A stretch of 64,000 bases of DNA from Tubiluchus corallicola (taxonomy: Eukaryota; Animalia; Priapulida), in assembly GCA_030141605.1 (NCBI GenBank), contig JAQGDQ010000008.1:1116001-1180000 (forward strand). The letters run 5' to 3'. Positions 53,101-61,904 of this stretch are shown piece by piece. Below the pieces are notes generated by a model that was not told the origin of the DNA, did not search any database, and worked only from the letters and a program-made list of their open reading frames with translations. The position numbers and the translations under genes are program-made. Every line of letters starts with the position of its first letter. Positions within the stretch are counted from its first letter, which is position 1.

Positions 53101-54515
53101 GGCCATCATTGAAACAGACATAGTGGTTTAAAAGCCTCACCATGCAACATTACGAGTGTTACCACATCAAAAACAGCACATTAGTTTTATGCCAAGAGAC
53201 AAGGTAGACCATTTTATGATGTTGTTTTATTGGTCCAGTAGGACTTTCTGATATTAGCCAAGTGCAGGATTTTATGTACAAAATCACAGAGTGCATTACC
53301 ATAAAGACCAATGAAGCATGACTATCGACAAAATTACATATCCATACATACGTTACAAATGTACATTGTATGACAAAAAAGTAAAATGCAGCAAGGCAAT
53401 GGAATGTTTAGGGTGTTGTGATAAAGTTCATAAGATTTCAAGATGTCTAAATAGTTAATGAGTAGGTTACCCGTCAGTGCATTTCACTAGAAAATCAAAA
53501 TCAGACATTACTATTCTTATAGGAGGATATAAACAAATTGAGTACAAGTCAGAAATCGGCAGTCTTCATAAAACAGATGATGTTTCTGCTCGGTTTTGGA
53601 GCATAATGAGACCTAACAACAGCATAAAACAATACAACTTGTATTCTCCTTGCATCCACTTCGTTCAATTTGCAATTACGCCCTTTTACGGAACTGTAAT
53701 TGCTCATATCTACATGTACATTGTTCAAATGTTCACAATGCACATGTATACATTATACAGTTTAGAATTCGGTATACTGCAACATGGAATTCACTATTTA
53801 GCAGCAGGACCTATTCAGCTATTGATGTTAATGGTGGGGTACTATCAAGGCTAACCAACCAAGTCTCACAGAAGCCAAGATAACAGAGGGTGATAACCAC
53901 ATTCGGATATGAATGCGAGGTTGACAGCGGCCAGGTGAAAGAAACCAACCAAATAAACTATTTATTGATCAGCTTCAGCGTTGTTCAACTTCTGTCACAA
54001 AGAAGTACCCTGACCACTCGACTATTTGTCGCTTTAAAGGCCAGTTCAATAATCCATAGAATCCAGGAGGAGCTGATGGCAATAACTGTCATTTCTTTGT
54101 AGCTAACTATTTTAAATGATTTCAGTTTATAACAAATTACTTTTATAACTCATATTTTGAAAAAAGCACATAGCACGGAATTGCACAGTAACCTCATATC
54201 TCAGTGTAATGAAAAAAGCAGTGTATCTTTTCTAAATGTATTATTTAACAAAAAGGGCTACAAACCCTTGTTACCCAAAATAAACATCTACTCTTATCAA
54301 AAAGAAACAATACTTTCACACAAAAACACAAATACAGACATTATGCACATTTGTTACATTTCAGTAGGCCTTATATTATGTTATCAACAGTTTACTTACG
54401 GATCACGTTTATTGTACATTGGTAGGTAATTCCAATCTGAGTATGTTCCCCAATGGCCTTGGCTGTTACTGCTGACAGCAAAGTAGACTAGAACTAACAA
54501 AGCTCGCAGCCACAT
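13865..54515 (-). CDS. Mcr: Macroglobulin complement-related (Mcr / CD109-like) thioester-containing protein, 30 coding exons, ~1623 aa
   Basis: Phase-consistent GT-AG exon chain from ATG 54515 to TAA 13865. Shows A2M/TEP-family motifs (TYMILAPRIVRPG, MAPSSRIIVYHV, PFFIHIEMP, HCGEQNM, SVWVTAF, ETTAYALL, FASTQDTIVALEAL, SGMAVIEVDVPNGY, VAVFDYYAPE). The LDLa module in the bait position and C-terminal ICQVCGSYQCPYC point to the Mcr clade; pipelines would probably label it CD109-like. Confidence 0.93.
14587..14692 (-). CDS. Mcr: Mcr exon 29
   Basis: tttcag/GTATAG; LDDTPTCF...RWYPVANMT...VFDYYAP. Confidence 0.94.
15354..15531 (-). CDS. Mcr: Mcr exon 28 (MG8 / receptor-binding domain)
   Basis: tactag/GTAAGT; WTLREESDRSGMAVIEVDVPNGY...VLFFDY. 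Confidence 0.95.
16209..16405 (-). CDS. Mcr: Mcr exon 27
   Basis: ttttag/GTGAGC; IPDAWGSIRVTASGTGLALLQLAVKY. Confidence 0.94.
17417..17578 (-). CDS. Mcr: Mcr exon 26
   Basis: tttcag/GTTAGT; DTIVALEALSTYS. Confidence 0.94.
17790..18019 (-). CDS. Mcr: Mcr exon 25 (TED)
   Basis: gcacag/GTATGT; YWGRE...IETTAYALL...IVKWLNNQR...GFASTQ. Confidence 0.95.
18604..18870. mobile_element. pogo/Tigger-like MITE remnant
   Basis: TA-cagtaagaccttacttaatgac at left, gtcgttaagcgag at right, internal cgttaag repeats. Confidence 0.5.
19339..19516 (-). CDS. Mcr: Mcr exon 24 (TED)
   Basis: tttcag/GTAACA; ...AVRFLE...DPFEIAIVTYALSIANS. Confidence 0.94.
19911..20172 (-). CDS. Mcr: Mcr exon 23 (TED)
   Basis: gactag/GTAAGT; VTAFTLRYL...DGSFMQTAPTYDRK...VSLTAYVLITL. 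Confidence 0.94.
20677..20755 (-). CDS. Mcr: Mcr exon 22 (thioester domain, TED)
   Basis: tttcag/GTAAGT; YQKQLNFFTEEGGFALWMDFPQPSVW. Confidence 0.94.
21099..21287 (-). CDS. Mcr: Mcr exon 21 (thioester-site exon, HCGEQNM)
   Basis: ttacag/GTATGT; GDVYGP...HCGEQNMFDFAVNIMTLRYL. Confidence 0.95.
22166..22812 (-). CDS. Mcr: Mcr exon 20 (MG6b-MG7, start of CUB)
   Basis: ttgcag/GTAAGT; contains ORF 22158..22715 (RPFFIHIEMP...GEQVGIR...GSPQASVSIVG). Confidence 0.95.
23000..23620 (+). mobile_element. 5'-truncated LINE (CR1/L2-group) ORF2 C-terminus and 3' UTR
   Basis: RPIYYS*DDRR...IRVGFSQLNFD, then CRCGATFETINRFLISCPLY...LLRGN...NIQIFKLAQKFIFLTKCF* (stop ~23409), then aataaa and tail. Confidence 0.8.
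24020..24125 (-). CDS. Mcr: Mcr exon 19
   Basis: tttcag/GTGAGT; ...RHFVKYFMWKDVNIG. Confidence 0.92.
24236..24349 (-). CDS. Mcr: Mcr exon 18 (LDL-receptor class A module)
   Basis: ttgcag/GTAAGT; CNVTAGWLRCTDARCYSIYKRCDGYLDCEDGTDESN(C). Confidence 0.95.
24487..24535 (-). CDS. Mcr: Mcr exon 17
   Basis: cttcag/GTAAGT; FAGLLVFTDANMTILE. Confidence 0.92.
25176..25319 (-). CDS. Mcr: Mcr exon 16
   Basis: gtttag/GTAAGT; ...YFPSRSFGIDTNQTFW. Confidence 0.92.
26052..26198 (-). CDS. Mcr: Mcr exon 15
   Basis: ttccag/GTAAGT; FKVELNPLKDYSGKTVECIITGDPGSYVG. Confidence 0.93.
26563..26814 (-). CDS. Mcr: Mcr exon 14
   Basis: tcgcag/GTAAGT; VGGYIIFHV...EMAPSSRIIVYHV...ELVADSLNFHVD. Confidence 0.95.
27324..27447 (-). 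CDS. Mcr: Mcr exon 13
   Basis: ttacag/GTGATG; ...KYFSPERNFLEVTTSTLYPK. Confidence 0.9.
27754..27835 (-). CDS. Mcr: Mcr exon 12
   Basis: ttgcag/GTATGT; GEQSRDTNINEGDPAYISSTPPQYAINT; phase 1-2. Confidence 0.78.
28523..28619 (-). CDS. Mcr: Mcr exon 11 (Tyr/Gln-rich insert)
   Basis: gtacag/GTTTGT; ASYDPAENDPGYRLQYGYTRQRYYEQQSYGLS; phase 0-1. Confidence 0.75.
28983..29162 (-). CDS. Mcr: Mcr exon 10
   Basis: ttttag/GTATGC; LAVTTQSGS...DGVVKLEFTPPEHALYITLE. Confidence 0.9.
29741..30342. repeat. Local direct duplication of ~260 bp (29741-30002 and 30093-30342)
   Basis: Near-identical copies from atggctaaatcttta to catagtatgaataatgttttgt. Confidence 0.95.
30383..30607 (-). CDS. Mcr: Mcr exon 9
   Basis: ttttag/GTGAGT; FEGLRVFDF...PQIFKPNMPFKAY. 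Confidence 0.93.
31233..31787. mobile_element. MITE with ~45-bp imperfect TIRs
   Basis: tgtgtgcttgcatagcaaaatcgtccataagtcggca versus tgcggacttatagacggttttggtttggaaacacaca. Confidence 0.7.
31915..32044 (-). CDS. Mcr: Mcr exon 8
   Basis: ttttag/GTAAGT; HMNNELVRGRCWVKAYVRR...EIYDPV. Confidence 0.9.
32430..32517 (-). CDS. Mcr: Mcr exon 7b (mutually exclusive variant; alternative acceptor would start at 32508)
   Basis: ttctag or atgtag/GTGAGT; phase 1-2; VYVARIELLLSSSWTVLDSQEKVSITVKAL. Confidence 0.85.
34010..34445 (-). mobile_element. Decayed Academ-like transposase fragment (XPG-like motifs plus Cys-rich tail)
   Basis: SSHKEADT (HKEADT at 34414-34431), MAIYEIVNAVDPDKS, AFTGCNRTSA (34223-34252), then ILDLIRYQCNKSQCNMRC...CNC; with frameshifts and stops. 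Confidence 0.65.
34866..35346 (-). CDS. Mcr: Candidate Mcr micro-exon chain 7c (35330-35346, 35243-35263, 34866-34885)
   Basis: Three AG...GT(A/G)AG-bounded pieces of 17, 21 and 20 nt; joined they are open, phase 1-2, and read DKIMFLDVKMAAKTALFQEK. Confidence 0.4.
35747..35831 (-). CDS. Mcr: Mcr exon 7a (mutually exclusive variant)
   Basis: atgcag/GTAAGT; phase 1-2; DKPRLELFVNSPWTVLDSQEKVSVKIKAL. Confidence 0.88.
40047..40086 (-). CDS. Mcr: Mcr exon 6 (40 nt)
   Basis: ttgcag/GTAAGA; GYTAYEPFQVVGF; ends phase 1. Confidence 0.85.
40399..40524 (-). CDS. Mcr: Mcr exon 5 (MG2)
   Basis: ttttag/GTGAGT; DPHGFEVRRWLSQQSNLGAISLSYELSGDAPEGDWQVKVIAG. Confidence 0.93.
41020..41090 (-). CDS. Mcr: Mcr exon 4 (MG2)
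   Basis: tttcag/GTAAGC; VLFRVVPVLPDFKPYLGTVDVYIV. Confidence 0.92.
41260..43926 (-). mobile_element. Decayed Gypsy LTR retrotransposon (gag-protease only, truncated LTR ends, tRNA-Leu-like PBS)
   Basis: ~48-bp direct repeats from 41260 (tgtaacgtgtc...) and 43878; PBS TGGTGGCAATGGTGGGA at 43873-43857; gag VPLFDEEKDNITDWIATFEKVA...YRLRF; knuckle CYYCPRAEH; protease-like RDTDSDVSMI. Confidence 0.8.
44074..44242 (-). CDS. Mcr: Mcr exon 3
   Basis: ttttag/GTACGT; IPQGAREGRYKLFLEG...FRNETELEFSQRTMSIFVQFNLALYAQGRT. Confidence 0.92.
44840..45029 (-). CDS. Mcr: Mcr exon 2 (MG1)
   Basis: tttcag/GTACAA; TYMILAPRIVRPGLTYRLSV...DTLLVK. Confidence 0.92.
48228..48545. repeat. CA/CAC-rich low-complexity tract followed by short (GAT/GAC) and (CAA)-like repeats
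   Basis: Directly visible; explains the H/T/P-rich and V/W/C-rich pseudo-ORFs. Confidence 0.9.
48560..49400 (+). mobile_element. Probable non-autonomous Helitron/Helentron-like interspersed repeat
   Basis: CpG-richer block ending in a (TA)n tract and aattaatatatacgatagat; family assignment is by resemblance only. Confidence 0.3.
50034..50112. repeat. Compound microsatellite (GA)n-(GC)8-(GA)20
   Basis: (GC)8 at 50057-50072, (GA)20 at 50073-50112. Confidence 0.95.
51300..51532. repeat. Degenerate minisatellite (gtggatactg / gctgaggtt-like units)
   Basis: Recurrent ggatactgtggat, gataacgtggatac, tgctgagg. Confidence 0.65.
54400..54515 (-). CDS. Mcr: Mcr coding exon 1 (signal peptide MWLRALLVLVYFAVSSNS...)
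   Basis: Upstream acceptor tttcag at 54544, hydrophobic leader, donor GTAAGT at 54399; phase 2 matches exon 2. Confidence 0.8.
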
Positions 54516-57500
54516 CTTCCTAGCTAAGCTGCATTGACTACACCTGAAATAAAATACGTAAGTTAATGAATTTCCAATAATTGTGGTCAATTTTCTATTA
54601 AATATTCATAATTAAATAGACCTAATGTTTAAAAGACTTCGAAAACAAAGAAATAATATTAATTGGGTATGAGACAAATACATCAACTTAAAAATGGAAT
54701 TATAACTATTATAATTAACATGTTACATAACAACCATGAACACACTTAATTGTATGCTTAATAAATGTTATAATAAGAGTTCTATGATCTCAAAAATTCG
54801 TCCTGTTTTCAACAATTTCATTCTTGCAATTTGTTTCGTCTGCAAATTGGTAAACAAGTGCACAAATACTCTAGGTTTGCTTATACAACTAAATGGTTAT
54901 TACATTTTTAAAATATAAAAATAATATAGATACAGACCCTAAGCCTACAACCGGTCAAAATACAAACGATTTTCTGTTGTTGTTAGTTGAAATTGGTTGC
55001 TTAATATCTATAACCAGTAAGCACGATAGTCACAATAACAACCTGTTACTAACTAAACGGCAGTAAGATACTACTTTCTGCATCTCCTTACCAGTCACAA
55101 TAAACATGTACACAGAATTTTGTAAGCTCAAAATACTAATTTACAAGTTACACAAACACACATTTCAAAAGTTACGCACCTTCCTTATCACTCAAACCAC
55201 GCTTTCACTTTCCACCTTCAAAATGGAGTCCGGCTATTATTACTGGTCGGCGTAGGTCGCTCCCCAACCAGGTATGTTAATCAATACAACTGACGCAGCA
55301 TCTAGCTATGAAAGTCAGCGAACCGTGGTGAGCAGAAATACATTACTAGTTATAAAATTGAAAAGTTGAAGATTACACTACAACCAATGTACAGATGACT
55401 ACTTGCATAATGTGCAATGATATTAATTCTACCAACAAAATGTGGAAATACTTCAACACACACTGAAACTGAAAAATGCCTAACTTTCTTAATCGAATAG
55501 AAATCTTACCTGCTAGAAACACACGCTGGCGTACGCCTGCTTAGCATAGATGTCCTAGCGCCATCTAGCGTCAGCAGGTAGTGGAATTTCATGAAGCTGG
55601 AAGTGGTGCTGAACTGCTGACAAGCCGCTGTTCTAGCAGTGTCTAATTTTTTTTGATGGATTACTGCTGTATTTACCTGTCTTGAAGGTAAACTTTCAGA
55701 GTTTTGCCTGCCCAATGTCTACAATAGACATAATGGGTACAATTATTCAAACGATGATTAAAATTAAATTTTCAATCACTGGCAGTACTAAAATTATCAT
55801 TTTTATTTAAATTTAGAGTTTGTGTTATTTATACTGGTTAAATTCATGTCGATTTTCATTTGAGCCCAACATCTATAATTTAAATATTACCTCACAATTT
55901 AAATTTTCTTATGGGTGTAAAAAATTAAAACAATATAGGCCTAATGCTTTACAAAGCCAAATGAAATGTTTTTGGTTTTGTTAGTGTATAGTGTCTAATC
56001 TAAACTTTTTGGAAAATATCTAAGCATCACAGATACATGCTTCTAATTAAGTAGTGAAAATAATTATTCATTAATTGAAATTGAACAAGGGATAGACACA
56101 GGCAATTAAAACAAACTTAATTATTACTTTCATATAGTTACTTCTGTAGACAACATTTATTATTGTCAATATTGCAAGGCTGGTGATGTTATTATCACTA
56201 TACATCTACTAATGACACACTTACTGATGCACCTGTTAACTTTAAACGTTTATATAGTGTATAATTCTCTATCTTAATAAACGGAATACTGAAGGCAAGT
56301 AACATCACTATTTTGTAGACAGCTATTACTCAAACAGACAACTAATGTTTCTCTATGAAAGTTAGAAAACAATTTTTAATTAAAACAAAAAGCAAACAGC
56401 ATAATTAAAAACTCAAAACTTCAGCAATGGGTACATGTATTTTATTTATACAAGCTGGTAAGCATTTCTCATAACAATTTTGTGAAATTCCATTACCAAA
56501 TTGTATTAGTATACAAATGTTATTTTAATTCCCAATCACAAATATGCAAACAACAAAAGTATAAATAGTAACAACCCGTACTTTTACAAAATAAGGCCAA
56601 GTTTTTGATGTTTAATTAGCATCAACATTAACCGTAGCTAAGTTATAAGAAATCAAAATATAGGTCTATGTATAAGTTTACATGTATGTAATTTTCACAA
56701 CTTTATATACATGATTACTTACATATGTTAATACATACAGTAGCTATGTTGTATTTTTATCAATAAAAAACAATTAATAATAAAAGTGAAAAAACTTATG
56801 TATAGCATGGCTACATAAAGAATGGCCTAAAAAATAAAGAATGGTCTCAAGAATTTCACACGTTTTGCTTCTTTTCCATGAAGTTTGGTATCAAAAATTT
56901 GATAATTGCATTTTCATTTCATCAGTAGACTCATATACTGCTTTATGATACACTATAATTATACCAAATGGCCAAAAAACAATTAACAAGTCAGTTGGTA
57001 ATATGCTTGACATGTGTAGTGTTATAACTGAGCTAATCTCCCTAGCGTTACTGAAAGAGTTTGCCTATTAATTTCATCCACTGCGAACAGGCCATAATGG
57101 CAGATTTGCCAAAATAAACAAATCCAAATTTTCAAAAAAAAAATATATTATTAAATGAGATACAGAAAGAAAATACACTCACATGTATGTTAAAGCCATG
57201 CATCTTATTACAACTTATATATAGCTTCTGATATTTAAATTCAAATTTAACTATGTGACATTAAGTGTGTATGAATCATATACACTTAAAACTGCTTACA
57301 TATAATCATGCAATATTTCAGCCTTGGATTGTATAAGGTGAAATCTTTCATTTCTAATATTCTTTTTCAGTTTTTCTCCAATCAAGGCTAGCTCTGGTAT
57401 GAATCAAAAGGGGCTTTGGCATTTCTTTTCACTACTTTTTTACTGGAACCCCATTGCAATAGCAATGACAGCAATGTTAAAAATGGGACGCAACATCTCA

Positions 57501-57594
57501 GCTTATCACTAGCTCAGACTTTCAACCACAAATTGTAGTGCAGCAGAAATCTGGAACAGCGTGTCGACCACACTATGCTGTCACTATTAACAAC

Positions 57595-57800
57595 GTAGTT
57601 TTTCAACAAAATGAAGCCCTCCCTCATTGCTCAGAAGCTGTGAGAGATTTTTCTCAAAGAAAGATATCTGATCCTGGGGTTGGAAGATTGTGACTTGACA
57701 AATTTGACAGCCTGACATTTTTTACAGGGCTATAGCATGCAAAAGTTATGCAAAAACATCAAAACACCTTCATGAACCCGAAATAACAATAAGAGGTTGT
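57595..57800 (+). mobile_element. Decayed Tc1/mariner-type transposase fragment
   Basis: VVFQQNEALPHCSEAVRDF (cf. FQQDGAPPH..VRDFL) and NLTA*HFLQGY (cf. DLTPCDFFLWGY). Confidence 0.65.
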
Positions 57801-58103
57801 TGTCCAAACACTTAACTTGAAATACTTGCTGATGTCGGAAATGCATATATTGTAACCATTAGCAGAAGTGCTTTGAAGACGGTAGCAAAAATAGTAAAAC
57901 CTACCACTACAGTAGTTATTTTTACATTTTCATCTCATTTGACTAAAAAAATTTCCCAAAGCTTTAGTTCATATGTAACTATTTTCAAACATTCTGCTTT
58001 GTTTGTTAAAAAGATATAGAAAATTCAAAGTGTATAGTGACTTATGAAATAACCTGTACAAAGTTTTTATCACAATTTATGCACAAATGCATTGCAAGAA
58101 TAT

Positions 58104-61100
58104 TTAGACATTGACAATTTCAAGCTCTACACCAAAGAGTTCCTGCCACGGTATTTTAACAGCGGTCACTAAAGCATCACAAGAATGTGCTGTTTCCATA
58201 GCCAAGTACCAAACCTGTTCTTTGCCAAACTCTTCATTGAAGAAAAAAACTGTCACACTTTCCATAGTGCACTTAAGCCTGATGATGTTACTGAGCAGCT
58301 GCTTCACCGGGTTTGAAAACTGCAACCTAGGAGTTTTGTTAGCAGTTCCCTGCAGCAGCCGTGGTCTTGGCAAATGGTGGTCCTGAGTAGCCAGACAGAT
58401 TTCAGTAGATGTAATGATTACAGAAACTGGAAGTCTATTTGAGAAATCACCATTGACATACTGGTATGCAAGGATGAACAGCTTGATGTCAGTGTCAACA
58501 TCGGCTACCTGGTCCTCACTCAGCAAAACCTGATTAACAATGTTTTCCCTGATTTGGAGATGGTTTATGGAAATTGCTCTAAGTTTACTGTCTGTGCTGA
58601 TAGTTGAGCTTCGTATGACATCTGTGAGGAATGTGACAAAACTGCTACAGCGGATGGAATCACGAACAAGAAATGTATAGCAAGATCCAGCAGAGGAAAA
58701 TTCAAGTCTGAAACTTTGTTCACCCAGTCCCACATCCAAGTACACCAACTCTGTTACTGGTTGGGCATCGACGCGGCGCAACCATCTCTCAATTTGATGC
58801 GTTTCTTCACCAAATATTTTGAAAATATAAATTTTATGCGTCGAAACAACTAAAAGAACTGTGAACTCATCACCAACATCATAATGTATGCAATCAGTTC
58901 TTATCAAACCAACAAATTCCTCGTAATTTTCCGTAAAGACGCTAAGATTAAAGAATAAGTGCAGTCGATGGTCACACCGAGTAAAGTCACTGTAATAATA
59001 TTTAATGTCATGCAAACTTTCACTTTCAGCAACATTAAAGTTATTTGCAATCGTCGCATGCTTTACAGGAGTATCATAAATGTTTCTGCTATGCTGACTG
59101 GCTGTTTCAAAACTAACACTGCTTCCCGTCGATGCTGTATCTTGTACTGCATTCACAGTATCTAATACTGTGTGCTCGTCTCTATTGTGACCACTGTTGT
59201 TTGAGCCAATGGGGCTACTTCTTACTGCAATTATATCACCTTCATCCACAATGGTCGAATATTTAGAAGCAGTGCAAAAAGGTTTTACTGGTTTTCCAGC
59301 AATACTAATTTGTAAATTACCAATGTCCGATGAAGTGCTGGCATCTGCCTGCTGATGGGTATTATAGTCTTCAGAAGATAAGCCACTAGTCAAACTACTG
59401 GCACTTGGGTTTGTTAATATTGCAATGTCACTTTCACCGGGTTGCAAAGTTTGATTAAAGTCACAACTTGAGCCACTGGGAGGATTAGCATTCATGTTAT
59501 TCGAATCTAAGATTGGACCATGATCTACAGAGAGAATTCTTTTCACAGTTATCGCAGAAGATCTCATGATGGAGCTGCTGGAAGAGCTGCTGCCACAGTA
59601 GTCTACAGCAGAAACACAGTCATCAACTTTTTCTCCAACAAAGTTCTCAGCAGTTTCTGGTACTATTACAGCTGCTAATGAAGTAGGCTTAAAACCTGTT
59701 GATGATGTAATAAGTGAATCCTGGGATATTCTAACAACATCCGATATTTCAGGTCTTACTCTTTTTGAAGTCTCTGCTTTAGAAAACTGATCTTCTACTT
59801 GAATCACAAGTTCTGAATTGCATGTGGGACACAAGATATCATCTTCAATTTTCTTAATCTTAACACCAGGTTTGCTTGTGCTACATGTTTCATTCTTGAA
59901 TTTGAATGAACACTTCAGGCACTGATATGAAATCTTGTCAGCTTCTTTAGCCACATTGAGTAGGCTAGCTTGCAGATTTCTCTGTAGCAATTCAGTCATA
60001 ATGTTGAGACTTGACTCGTCATCAAGTAGGTATCTTCGGTGTCTTTTATCTTTCCGAACATAACCAAACACTAGGTGAAGAAAGGACATGCACTGAGCTG
60101 TACTGGTACTCTGATCTTCTATCATGTCTTCTTCCTGCTGTACAGACTTTAAGTTTCTCAGGTCTAAAACTAGTAGCACATTGCCATTCACATTTTTTTC
60201 TATAAGTCCCGTATCTGTGATGCTCACTAGAAGCATTTGTTCTTCAGTCAATTCAGAATCCAATGACCTTACTATGAATACTTGAGTCTCGCATTCTGGA
60301 AAAGCCTGTTCTAGACATTCTTCCCTCTCAATGGACTCAGTCATAGGATTACTACTATAAATATCACGAAATTCCCATGAAGATTCTTTTATTGGATCAT
60401 TGCTAATGTTAGCTTTATCCTGATGTTCATCTGTGGACCCGGATGCGTCAAAAACTTCTATATCACTAGATGTGTGTCTATGTCTGTCGCTGGAATCTGG
60501 CTCAGATCCTGGCACTTCATCTACACTGTGAGAAGGTATATCGTCAGCAAACTTTTGTTTTGTTGCACCAAGCCAATCTGCTCCTAGCTGTTTTCTGAAG
60601 AGTTTGTAAGTGTTTTTTGTTGTAATGTGTTTCTCTTGCTTTTCTGATACACTCTCTTCTGTGGCAGATTGCTCAGATATACCACTTATAAGTTCTACAT
60701 CTACTTCAGCCTCAGAAAAGTCTAAGTCGGTTATTTCAGCTTGTCTTGGTTTAATTCTCCGTTTTTGCTTACTGACATAAATTGAAGTAATCGAACGGTC
60801 TTGTATAGCATCATTATAAGAGTTTTCAAAACTCGAAATTGATGCTGAAGTATTATTTCTCGATATACCGTAACTGTGATCAGTCAGAACAGTACTGTTC
60901 TGAAAGGGTCGTCTACCCTGAAACTCCAGTTCAGATTTTGAAACAATTTTACCATCTAATTCAAACATCACATTAGCAATAACGATGGAGAGTTTATGAA
61001 TTGTGAGCACTCTGTGAAACTTATGGAAAGACAATGGATTTCCACTTAAATTCAGCATTCTAAGCATCGTAAGTCTTCCGAGAGGCATAAGAACATCGTG

Positions 61101-61904
61101 GTGACATAAGCAGTTCTCAGAAATGTCTAATTCCTGTAAATTAGTTAATTCTGCAATCCCATCCAATGTTTCCAGGTTATTGTGTTTTAGCACGAGCGTA
61201 CATAACCTAGCCTTCACGGATACACTAAAGGATGGACAGCAAGAGAGTTGATTAAAACCAATGTTAAGATATTTCAGTGACATGAGAACTGCCAAGTGGT
61301 TTCCAGTTGACTTGATTCGATTGTGACTGATATCAAGAACTTCAACAACTGGTAAGAGTTTCAGTGACTCATCCAAAGCCTCTATACTGTTAAAGCTGAG
61401 ATTCACTGCAGTCAATTCCGGCCAAGCAAACGGACGGCTCATGTCACCTCCACAAGAGGCGAATAACGTGTCAACATTAATAATACACCTAGAACAGGTA
61501 ATGAAATGAAGTCGTTGCCGGAGACTCTGCAAACCAAGTATCAAATGCAACGGCACTTTCTTTATTTCAAGGTACCGAAGCATACGAAATCGATCTAACT
61601 TTACGGCACCCTGTAAGGTGGCACTAGTGTGTACCAGTTTAAAGTATATTGTTTTCTGTATGATGTCGTATATAAACTCAATGTCTTCACACCATGGTTC
61701 AATAAGTCGCCTGCCGGGAACTACCTCAAATGAACGTTCAAGGTCTTCATGGCTTATTCTACTAAATGCCTGATTCAAATATGTTAAAGCTGATGTAGTT
61801 AATGTCAGCTTTGAAGAACCACTGAGCACCCTTTCACCATATTCTCGGAGTAACTTTGCCAGTGACGATACCAGAGTTGAGTCACTGTTGCACAAAGGAG
61901 ACAT
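58104..61904 (-). CDS. STK11IP: Serine/threonine-protein kinase 11-interacting protein (LIP1), single coding exon, 1266 aa
   Basis: N-terminal LIP1-like region (LAKLLREYGERVLSGSSKLTLT...CGGDMS...WPEL), LRR array capped by LNLSGNPL, paired CxxC motifs (QCLKC...CPTC), and DHRLHLFF before C-terminal PH-like regions ending WQELFGVEL. Confidence 0.9.
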   Translation of the reverse strand: MSPLCNSDSTLVSSLAKLLREYGERVLSGSSKLTLTTSALTYLNQAFSRISHEDLERSFEVVPGRRLIEPWCEDIEFIYDIIQKTIYFKLVHTSATLQGAVKLDRFRMLRYLEIKKVPLHLILGLQSLRQRLHFITCSRCIINVDTLFASCGGDMSRPFAWPELTAVNLSFNSIEALDESLKLLPVVEVLDISHNRIKSTGNHLAVLMSLKYLNIGFNQLSCCPSFSVSVKARLCTLVLKHNNLETLDGIAELTNLQELDISENCLCHHDVLMPLGRLTMLRMLNLSGNPLSFHKFHRVLTIHKLSIVIANVMFELDGKIVSKSELEFQGRRPFQNSTVLTDHSYGISRNNTSASISSFENSYNDAIQDRSITSIYVSKQKRRIKPRQAEITDLDFSEAEVDVELISGISEQSATEESVSEKQEKHITTKNTYKLFRKQLGADWLGATKQKFADDIPSHSVDEVPGSEPDSSDRHRHTSSDIEVFDASGSTDEHQDKANISNDPIKESSWEFRDIYSSNPMTESIEREECLEQAFPECETQVFIVRSLDSELTEEQMLLVSITDTGLIEKNVNGNVLLVLDLRNLKSVQQEEDMIEDQSTSTAQCMSFLHLVFGYVRKDKRHRRYLLDDESSLNIMTELLQRNLQASLLNVAKEADKISYQCLKCSFKFKNETCSTSKPGVKIKKIEDDILCPTCNSELVIQVEDQFSKAETSKRVRPEISDVVRISQDSLITSSTGFKPTSLAAVIVPETAENFVGEKVDDCVSAVDYCGSSSSSSSIMRSSAITVKRILSVDHGPILDSNNMNANPPSGSSCDFNQTLQPGESDIAILTNPSASSLTSGLSSEDYNTHQQADASTSSDIGNLQISIAGKPVKPFCTASKYSTIVDEGDIIAVRSSPIGSNNSGHNRDEHTVLDTVNAVQDTASTGSSVSFETASQHSRNIYDTPVKHATIANNFNVAESESLHDIKYYYSDFTRCDHRLHLFFNLSVFTENYEEFVGLIRTDCIHYDVGDEFTVLLVVSTHKIYIFKIFGEETHQIERWLRRVDAQPVTELVYLDVGLGEQSFRLEFSSAGSCYTFLVRDSIRCSSFVTFLTDVIRSSTISTDSKLRAISINHLQIRENIVNQVLLSEDQVADVDTDIKLFILAYQYVNGDFSNRLPVSVIITSTEICLATQDHHLPRPRLLQGTANKTPRLQFSNPVKQLLSNIIRLKCTMESVTVFFFNEEFGKEQVWYLAMETAHSCDALVTAVKIPWQELFGVELEIVNV

